Assembly: GCF_006345805.1 (NCBI RefSeq)
Contig: NC_042999.1
Coordinates: 133,734,001 to 133,798,000 of the forward strand
Length of the DNA stretch: 64,000 nt
Source: Octopus sinensis
Taxonomy: Eukaryota
Reading direction: 5' to 3'
Part shown: piece by piece, positions 54,388-64,000 of the stretch
Layout: every line of letters begins with the position of its first letter
Numbering within the stretch: the stretch's first letter is position 1
Notes under the pieces: model-generated
What the model was told of the DNA's origin: nothing
The model's input: only the letters and a program-made list of their open reading frames with translations
Databases searched by the model: none
Made by a program: the position numbers and the translations under genes

Positions 54388-54510
54388 TAAAATATAAAAA
54401 CATTACTTGAACAAATACTAGGAGGAAATGAATGGGAGGTTAATGATAAATACCGAAATCTTGATTAACTTGAGATAATGGTAATTTTGTTGCAGTATGG
54501 TGATATCCGT

Positions 54511-54725
54511 ATGCAGAACGTAGTATGGCGAAATGCTTAGCAGTATTTCGTCTGCCGCTACGTTCTGAGTTCAAATTCCGCCGTGGTCGACTTTTCCTTT
54601 CATCCTTTCGGGGTCGATAAATTAAGTACCAGTTACGCACTGGGGTCGATATAATCGAATTAATCCGTTTGTCTGTCCTTGTTTGTCCTCTCTGTGTTTA
54701 GCCCCTTGTGGGTAGTAAAGAAATA
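54511..54725 (+). mobile_element. SINE family 2 with 17-bp target-site duplication
   Basis: AGTATGGTGATATCCGT at 54494-54510 and 54726-54742. Confidence 0.92.
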
Positions 54726-55112
54726 AGTATGGTGATATCCGTTTAACTCTACAGGATGTTCAACTAAATCTTGGTTTACACATATTTATGATCAACTTAT
54801 GTTACTCAATTTATTTTTTACACTTTATTTATTTTCTTTTTATTGCATTTTTACTGATTTTCTATTTATCTATATATCATTGCTCCTTTTTTTTTTTTTA
54901 CTAAGCTCCATATACGATCATTCTAGGACCTGTAATAGGTACTTCTGCTCAATGCATCTATTGTCTGCTATTATATAATGAAAAATTTGCCAATTTATAG
55001 CAGCGTCTGGTGTTTGATTTACCATCAAATGCACTAAAATGTTGTCTGCTCATTATGTTACAATACAATTATATGTTATTTCGAATGTAAACATTCGAAT
55101 GTTTTTTGTTTA

Positions 55113-55174
<62 letters not shown>

Positions 55175-55229
55175 CGTGCACGCGCGCGTATATTTGTATG
55201 TATCTATGTGTGTGTATATATATATATAT

Positions 55230-55596
55230 ATCAGCAAGTCCTTATACCTCTTTTTTGGTTTATGTGGAGGTCGTTCTACTTTAGCTAACTCTCCATAAAA
55301 GAGTTGTTTTGGCATCCTTGAATCCTTCATCCTGACCAGATGACCACTCCATCTGAGCCTTTGCTTTAACACAAGAGCTTCTATACTTTCACACCGAGAG
55401 CCTTCCAATATTTCAAGATCACTGTTTTGGTCCTTCCACTTAATGCCATAGATCCGTCTGAGACACATCTGATGGAAACGTTCCAGTTGTTTAAGGTGGT
55501 ATCGATATGTGACCTACGTCTCGCAGGCATACAGAAGAGAAGGGAGCACACATGACTTGTACACCTTTATCTTTGTCTCTCAGCATATGTCTCGCC

Positions 55597-55600
<4 letters not shown>
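55230..55600 (-). pseudogene. RTE-clade LINE 3' ORF fragment
   Basis: KIKVYKSCVLPSLLYACET*..LERFHQMCLRRIYGIKWKD..LRWSGHLVRM.DSRMPKQLFYGEL..RYKDLL. Confidence 0.88.
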
Positions 55601-55636
<36 letters not shown>

Positions 55637-55680
55637 TATGGTGCTGCTAAGAAGCAAAATAGAACTCAAAATAGAACTTT

Positions 55681-55934
55681 CGTTCAACAAATCGAGCCCA
55701 GGACTTATTCTTTTTAAGCCTAGTACTTATTCTATCGGTCTCTTTTGCCGAGCTGCTAAGTTCCGGCGACATAAGCACACCAATATCGGTTATCAATCGA
55801 TGGTGTTGGTGGTGGAGGGCAAATACAGACACACAAGCAAACACACGCACACACAGACAGACAGACACACACACATACATACATACACACACACACACAG
55901 ACACAGACACAGACAGACACACACACACATACAC

Positions 55935-55999
<65 letters not shown>

Positions 56000-56110
56000 T
56001 ACCAAATTACTCACTCCGTCTACCAAATCCACTCACAAGGCTTTTGTCGGCCCGAGGCTGCAGTAGAAGATAATTGCCCAGGATGTCACGCAGTGGGACT
56101 GAACCCAGAA
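55681..56110 (-). mobile_element. SINE family 1 with expanded internal microsatellite
   Basis: Both SINE halves are present, separated by ~170 bp of (CA)/(CAGA)/(TA) repeats. Confidence 0.85.
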
Positions 56111-56111
56111 C

Positions 56112-56197
<86 letters not shown>

Positions 56198-56213
56198 TAT
56201 ATATATTATATAT

Positions 56214-56276
<63 letters not shown>

Positions 56277-56286
56277 CAAAGACTGT

Positions 56287-56565
56287 GAAGGTGCATGGCT
56301 CAGTGGTTAGAGCGTCGAGCTTACGATTGCGAGGTTGTGAGTGTTCTTGAGCAAGACACTTTATTTCACGTTCCTCCAGTTCACTCAACTGTAGAAACGA
56401 GTTGCGACGTCTCAGGTGCTAAGCTGTATCGGCCTTTCCCATGGATAAAACTGGTGGCGTGGAGAGGGGAGGCCGGTATGCATAAACAACCTTACTCGGA
56501 CTTGTGCCTCGGAGGGTAACTTTCTAGGTGCAATCCCATGGTCAGTCATGACTGAAGGGGGTCTC
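56287..56565 (+). mobile_element. SINE family 3, near full length
   Basis: A-box TGGCTCAGTGG; head contains CTTACGA, resembling an Arg(ACG) anticodon loop; CORE-like centre. Confidence 0.9.
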
Positions 56566-57667
56566 AACATATAAAGACTGCAATGTTTGGTATATTTTTC
56601 ACATATTTCATGAAAACACGGCTTGGATTTTAAGCTCTTCAAATAATTATACATGTAGGAGGTTAGAGTATGTGTGTCTATATGCACACAGATATATACA
56701 GCTAGCTTTGTGAAAGCTAGATTGGACAGTTTCCTTTACATAGTTTTGGTTGAACAGAAACTATGATAGATGATACTTCCTCAAGCTGCCTGGTCTCACA
56801 CACCCCTTACTAGTGTCATCGAACCTGGTTGGCTCTGATTGCATAGCGAGTTTTATAAATTTGAAGTAAAATTTACATCTCTATGTTCGCATATGTCGTC
56901 GCGTACCAACAAACAAAAATAAGCTTGTAAGAAAAAAAGATCATGCAAAAATAAAATACTAATTAACAATCTTATAAATTGAGATGAACCAAAGGAATAA
57001 CAAATTAGAGAATGTTATAAAGATATATAAACACTGAAATATGTAGAGAAATTTTTCTTTTACGTTTTTAAATAGAAAAAATATGTCATGTTGATTAATT
57101 AATCTCCGAAGTAAAAACAGATATCAAATTTTAAGTTATTCGTGTATTACCTGAACACACGTGTACGCATTCCTACCGCTATTTTTTTTTTTCCTTCTTC
57201 ACGAATGATAATCGCAATTTTTTTTTCTTCCAAATTGAGTATTTTCATGTTTTCACAACGAGTTCATGGAAGAGTTTCAGTTTTGACAGCTTACTAGATA
57301 AATAAATACACAGAAAATGGTATGTGTTGTTGACAAATACAATCTCCAGAGATCTATCTTGTTTTTTGCTTTACTTTTTTCTTTTTAACTTTTTAATTTT
57401 GTTTCTGATATTGATAGTTCGGGTACAAAATAGAGATTGAAGACATAAAAAATACCCAAATGGATAATTCTTGACGTATGAATTATCATGAGTTTATTCA
57501 ATACCATTTGAATTATCATTATCTGTCCTCCGCTCTCTTCTCTCTCCTCTCTCTTTCTCTCTCCCCCTCTCTCTCTCTTTCTCTCGTCCGTCTCTATGTG
57601 TGTAAGTGTGTGTGTGTGTATTCATATATATATATATATGTATATATATAAATATATATATATATGC

Positions 57668-57699
<32 letters not shown>

Positions 57700-58124
57700 A
57701 TGAATATATATATATGAGTGTGCGTATATATATATATATATTTGTATGTATCTATATATGAATATATACATGTGTGTGTGTGTGTGTGCATATAGAAATG
57801 TATATATGTATATATGAATACACACACATATACATACATATTAACATGGATGCAAACACGTGGATACGCTCACACATGCCAAGTGCATATAGATATAAAT
57901 ATACTTGCATTCAAATAGGTTACATAATATTTAAACGTATTTACTTATTACGCTATGAATATCATGAATTCACTTACTCCAAATTGTAGTAATTAGTGAA
58001 CTAAGTCAATAATGATATTTATGTTTTCCGACGTCGGTACTGTTGTTTTCTCTGCCTAATTTCTGCATAAACTAAGAAATAAGAAACAATGCAATTTGTT
58101 ACGTGTGCAAGTTTTTATCATTTT

Positions 58125-58773
58125 ACTAGCACTATGACCCGGCGTTGCCTGGTCTAGTGCTAGTGCTTGTTATTCGTTACCGGGTCGCAGTAAAAATTTC
58201 TCACTAAATCAAGAGCTAAGTTTCTTATCATGTTTCAGTCCGGGCCAGTTTTGTTGGGTATAAGCTAATTGGAACTTTTTATGAGAGTAATTAATATCCA
58301 TTGGACTTCGGTTTTCACATCTGGAGGCAGAAGAAAGCGAACTTGAATTTGGCCGCAAAATAGCATGATTTTCGAAATACACATAACTCTCGTTTGTTGA
58401 GTTTTGGCTTCACACCCAACCCAGTTCTGCACAATCAATGTCGCGACGGGAACGTATGGGTTGGCAGAGGCGTCCAATCAAAAAACTTCTGACAGTCTAA
58501 TGGTGTATCTAGCTGTACGAACGCACCGCGTATAAATGTCTATGTTTTAGCGATTTAGAATGGATACGCCCATAACTTAAGGGGTCGGTTTATCGATTTT
58601 TTAATGGCCTTCTGGGGTGACTGGGGAAATGAAAAGATCTTCACGAGCACACTCACACAGTTTTGAAAGCTCATAGAAAATGCGAGCCTTTTACGTGAAA
58701 GACTGTGGATTTGTATTAAGGACACACAGACGCACAGATACACAGATATTTTGCCGTTTATAGATATATAGAT
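58125..58773 (+). mobile_element. Non-autonomous Helitron/Helentron-type element
   Basis: ACTAGC..CCCGGCGTTGCCTGG start and ACACAGA-repeats-TTGCCGTTTATAGATATATAGAT end, shared with 5772-6322. Confidence 0.7.
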
Positions 58774-58810
58774 AAATTAGCAGATTCGTTAGCACATCCA
58801 CTAAAATCAC

Positions 58811-60505
58811 TTAACAGCGTTTCCTACTATGTGGCACGTTCTGGGCTCAAATTGCCTCAAAGTCGTTCGTATTTTCCGGGTTCGAATTCGATAAAATAAA
58901 ACACCTTCAATCTGCTAGGTTATAGGGTGATGCAAAATTTCTATGTGATGACGCAATTCTTACAATATATTGCATTATTTTTCAGGAGAGTATAAATATG
59001 CGAGACGGCGGTATCTGCCTTTAGGCTGCTATCAAGTTACATATTGTTCAGTTGTGCTTTCCAATATGCCTAGACGTGAAAACTTGAGTCAAGACCAAAT
59101 ATCGAAAAGGTTATTGAAATTAGATGAAGAATGGGAAGGACATAGCAGAGATTCCTTCTATGGCTCTGAAGATGTAGTGTGAAAGTGATTGTGTGCTGGA
59201 CAATTTAGGTCTGCTTGCCACCCAATTATGAATGAGCAATATGTTTCTAGAGACAGACAAGAAGTTTGGCATTCTAATCCTCTTACTCAAGCAGCAGTAA
59301 GAACTTCATCTTGCAATATTTTGCGCCAATAATGTGGACAATTTCGTCTTGCTAAAAGGTCTTGCGATAGCATTGAAAAATGTTTTACTATCTTTATGTG
59401 CCAGAATTTTCTTGAAGTAATTCGTAAATGGACAAATATTGCAGGCCAGGTTGTTTACAAATATAAATGGAACGAAATTGATCACTCTGAACGAAAGAAA
59501 TTTATTGGACTCATTATTTTTATAGGTGTTTATAAATCTAAACAGGCAAATGTCACACAGTTATGGAGTCAAGAAGATGGCCACCCGGTATTCAACACAT
59601 TTATGAGCCGGAGATTTCAATAGATTTTACAAGTATTGCGCTTTGATGATCAATCATAGTGCAAGAATAAAGAGAAGTGATGATAAATTGGAGCCCATAA
59701 AAGAAATATTTGAAATGTGGATTCAGAATTTGCAAGATGGATATGTTCCAAGTTCATGCATGACAGTTGATGAACAATTAGTTTCATTCAGAGGCGTTGC
59801 CCATTTCGGGTATATATTCCTTCAAAACCTAGGAAATATGGAATTAAAATTTGGGCAACATGTGACACTGAAACATCTTATGACTGGAACATTAAAGTCT
59901 ACTCTGGAAAAGACCCAGTAAAAGGGAGAGAGACAAATCAAGGTTCGAGAGTTGTTGAAGATCTAGTAAAAGAACTTGAAAATACTGGTTGCAATATAAC
60001 TTCTGATAATTTTTTACTAGGATTGGCTCGAAAGTCGCTTAGCAAAAAAACAACTTTAGTTGGAACAATTAGAAAGAACAGATTTCAACTTCCAAATGTT
60101 TTCACAACCAAACAAAGAAGACGATCTTTAGCCTCATTTGAGATTCCTCAGCCAAAGCAAAACGGAAGATGTTCTTTGTGTGGCCCCCAAAAAGACAGGA
60201 AAACTCGTACTACATGTAAGAATTGTAATACCTATGTTTGCCAAGAACATACCAATATTGTCTGCATTTACTGCCATGAAAAGCTGTAATTCTGTATTTT
60301 TATAATTTTAAAATTTATAATATATTCTGTAAGCTGTATTTTTTTAAAATTAAAATTTGTGAGAAACAGTAATTTTTCATTCACCTGATAGCATATATTA
60401 TGTAGCTAAGAAACAGTGGTAGTTTGAATAAAATTTAATTAAAAGAAAATATTGGGTTCATTGGACCCAGTTGGTAATTAGTGACATACATTTCTTCTGG
60501 GTTAA
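58811..60505 (+). mobile_element. piggyBac transposon relic, internally deleted
   Basis: TTAA at 58811 and GGG|TTAA at 60499-60505. Frame-broken transposase from ATG 59066: WSQEDGHPVF..MSRRFQ..LRFDD, MTVDEQLVSFRG, ITSDNFFT, LVGTIRKNR, then the C-terminal Cys-rich RCSLC..TTCKNCNTYVCQEH. Confidence 0.9.
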
Positions 60506-61001
60506 TGCATCTTGTAACATATAATTCAGAAATGCAGAAATATTCTCAGACACTGACCAATCCTGGGATCATACAATAAGTAAAAGTAACGGAGGTGTGG
60601 TTTAAGGTTCGCCTTTAACATAAAATCCACTTTTCCTCCCTATCATAGCAGATGTACAGACAGAATTATCTCTTCCTTTAATCGTTACCAAAAGTTTATT
60701 CCATTTCACTGATCTCAAACAAATTTTACTGAAGTTTCTTCATGCTTTTCCACTTTATGGCCTACTTCCTATTCTTCGATCTATCTATCAATCTATCTAT
60801 CTATATGTCTGTCTGTCTGTCTGTATGCATGTAAGTATGCATGTATGTATGTATATATGTATGTATGTATGCATGCATGTATGTAAGTATGTCTGCCTAC
60901 CTGACTGTCTATCTGCCTATCTGTCCGTCCGTCCATCCAGTCATTCACCCGTCCATCCATCTTTTTATCTATCTATCTATCTAGCTAGCTAGCTAGCTAT
61001 C

Positions 61002-61214
61002 TGTTGTGGAAGGATTCCGACCACTCCCATATGACTAAAAGTGGACTAACACATTGCTATAAAATAAAGAATTGTCAGTAGTTTGTTAAGCAGTTCACTG
61101 TAAGCCGTTGGAAGAGAGCGTTTAACCTCGTGTAACAGTAGTGCGTTGTGTGAATATTTTCTTTCTCCAGCTTCAGTAAATTATCAAACACTAGGACATA
61201 AAAGTGGCGACGAG
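61002..61214 (+). mobile_element. Putative 5' LTR and primer-binding site of a Gypsy element
   Basis: TGTTG start at 61002, ..GGACA at ~61198 and TATAAAATAAA inside. TGGCGACGAG at 61205-61214 is complementary to the 3' end of eukaryotic tRNA-Ser(GCT) (..CTCGTCGCCA). Confidence 0.6.
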
Positions 61215-61290
61215 TTGTTTGAAGGTTGCGTTAGACGTCTAGAATTTTTTTGTTCGAAACCGAAGAACAATCATTTGACTTTGAGGACTT

Positions 61291-61960
61291 ATGAAGTTGC
61301 AATAGCGACAGCAGCAACAACAGCAACTACAACAACAACAACAGCAACTACACCAGCAACAACAACAAAACCAACAGTTGCTGGAATTAATGTTGAAGAA
61401 ATCTGAAAATACTTTAGGTTCGTGCTCGCCAGACAGTGTAGCAAACTCAATTGAAGAATTCAGTTATAATTTAGAAGAACAGATTACCTTCTCTGTATAT
61501 TTTCGAAGATGCGAAGAAATCTTCGAACAGAGAAAAGTACGTCTACTTTTAAGAAAGCTATCCCCTTCCGAAAAATATTGTAATTCTATTTTGCCGAAGA
61601 AACCAGGTAAGATTTGATTCGATGAAACAATTTCTTACCAAAAATTTTCAGTGAAAAAATTCCCTGTTCAATACTCGCTGGCAATGTTTAAATTTTGTCA
61701 AAAAAGACGATGAAGATTTCTGAGGTTGCTTAAAGAGTGTGAAAAGTTCAAATTAAATTAATTAACCCAGGACATGTTCAAATGTCTGCTTTTTTTCAAG
61801 GGTTAACTGCAAGCAATATGCAGATATATGTTCCCGGATATTAACAAAATTAGAACAGGACCAAAAATTAACTCTACAGGCAGTAGCAGAAGAAAGCCAG
61901 AGGATTATAAATCTAAGACATGACGCAGATAAAATTGAAGGAAAAGATTGACGGATACGA
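61291..61960 (+). pseudogene. Gypsy (Mag/K02A2.6-like) gag relic with polyQ N-terminus
   Basis: MKLQ*RQQQ..LLELML..ANSIEEFSY..TFSVYFRR.EEIF..VRLLLRKL..ILPK..SLFNTRWQCLNFVKKDDEDF..LEQD..LTLQAVAEE..NLRHD. Confidence 0.8.
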
Positions 61961-62149
61961 AAAGAGAAAATGTCAAGACCGAATCCATGTTATATTAATA
62001 TATTGAAGGGAAGGTATGAGTAGAGGGGATGACGGTGGAGATGGTGATGGTGGGATGGTGCAATGTAGCAGCAATGACGTTGATTAACCAAGAATATATA
62101 TTATAGAAATTTTTGAGCGATAATTAGGGCGATACATATCTTTTTATCT

Positions 62150-62591
62150 CTTCTGTTTTTACTTATCTCATTCATTGAACTGCAGTCATGTTGGAGCAAC
62201 GCCTTGAGAAATTCTTGGTCTAACGGTTAAGTTACGAGAACATGAACACACCAACACCGGATGTCAAGAAGTGGTGGGGACAAATGCAGACACAGAGAAA
62301 CTCACTCTCTCACACACACACGCACACAACTATATATTATATATATTATATATAATATATTATATATATATATATATAAACATAAGACGAGCTACCTTCA
62401 GTTTCCTCCACGAAATCCACTAACAAGGCTTTGATCGGCCCGAGGCTATAGTAAAAGACACTTCCCCAAGGTGTCATGCATAACCACACCTCCACTTCTA
62501 CTTGCTAAGAAGTTTGCTTCCCAACATGACAACCACATGACGGTTCACCCCCCACCAATACATGACACATTGGGCAAGTGTCTTCTACTAT
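62150..62591. mobile_element. SINE family 1 (minus) fused head-to-head with an inverted SINE-head fragment
   Basis: tatagtaaaagacacttccccaaggtgtcatg (~62447-62478) pairs with catgacacattgggcaagtgtcttctactata (~62561-62592). Confidence 0.65.
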
Positions 62592-62841
62592 ATATACATA
62601 TATGTGTGTGTGTGTGTGTGTGTCTGTGTGTGTATACGTACGTATGTTTGTGTGTGTATATATATGTATATATATATGTATGTATATATATTAAAATGAT
62701 AGTAAAACATAATATAACATATACATACATTATACAATATATTATTATATTATATTGCCTATAGGTATTTGAGTATCTATCATATGTGTGAATATAGGCA
62801 CTTATTTTATGTACTTATTTTTTCACACCATTTCACATACA

Positions 62842-62875
<34 letters not shown>

Positions 62876-63523
62876 CATACATACAAACATACATACATAA
62901 ATACATACATACATACATACATACATACATACATACATACATACATTTATTATGAATTAGTTAAAAGAGTAATCGGTGCACGTATACAACCACTTCCAAG
63001 CGCGACTGCTTGATGAATCCCCAAAGCGGGGAAACAGGTGTCTTTGTGCAGGGTTTAACATTTTAAGTAAATTATGTAATTCGTTCCGTTAGCAGTCTTT
63101 TTCATATTTTATGGCCTGTCTCGTCCATTAAGCAAGCTATATAAGTGAGCGTTGTGTTAGTATGTAAGTATGTATGTATGTATGTATGTATGTATGTATG
63201 TATGTATGTATGTATGTATGTATGTATGTATGTGTAAATGGTTATTGAAGTATGCATGAGAAAATTTCAGTTTGCCTTTATATCATACATAGATATTTGT
63301 CTCCATGAAGATTTATTTGCGTAAATTAGTGGCATTTATATATGTATATGTATATACTATTGATAATTGTATGTGTTTGCTCGAGCCTGTATGTGCATGC
63401 GAAGTCTAGTTCATATATGTATGTATCTATATCTATCTACCTGTCTGTCTGTCTGTCGTCTGTCTGTCTGTCTGTCTATGTATCTATGTATCTATCTACT
63501 TACATACCTACCTACCTACCTGC

Positions 63524-63596
<73 letters not shown>

Positions 63597-63879
63597 ATTC
63601 TATCTAACTATCTATCATTCTAATCCTTTTATCTACGTCTCCCTCTCACGCACACACGCGCACACGCAAACACACACACACTCTCTCTCTCTCTCTCTCA
63701 CACACACATGTATAAATATATATACATATACATACAGATAGATATACGCACACATTCTTATACATAGATACATACATATATATAGAGAGAAAGATTGGTT
63801 AATAGAATTGATACGAATACACACACTAGTATATGTCTCTTTCTCTCTCCCCCCTGTCCCTTCCTCTCTGTTATACACA

Positions 63880-63924
<45 letters not shown>

Positions 63925-64000
63925 TATATGTGTGGGTGTGTGTGTGTATGTATGTATATATATATATATGTATATATATGTATATATATATATATATATA

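Overview
Eukaryotic, AT-rich, microsatellite-saturated genomic DNA with a 100-N scaffold gap at 20037-20136. The SINE repertoire and repeat style point to a coleoid cephalopod, most likely Octopus (inference). One host gene is recognisable: an apparently intronless MARCH2/3-like RING-CH E3 ubiquitin ligase (38094-39343, +) split by a single frame break. The rest is largely a transposon graveyard: at least four tRNA-derived SINE families, a DD36E (Incomer-type) Tc1 element, several mariner/maT relics, a Tigger/pogo derivative, a long-TIR MITE, two Helitron-type non-autonomous elements, and piggyBac, hAT, RTE LINE, Penelope-like and Gypsy (Mag-type) relics. The best hunt result is an 837-bp R-U-R element (41675-42511) inserted in a (TA)n tract. 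It carries a type I hammerhead-ribozyme motif on the minus strand with a palindromic stem III, and the element's 5' end falls 3 nt from the predicted self-cleavage site, consistent with a retrozyme or non-autonomous Penelope-type element that may make a ~555-nt self-cleaving or circular RNA. Almost all ORF-track entries are translations of microsatellites. Coordinates were counted by hand, and boundaries of degenerate elements are approximate.
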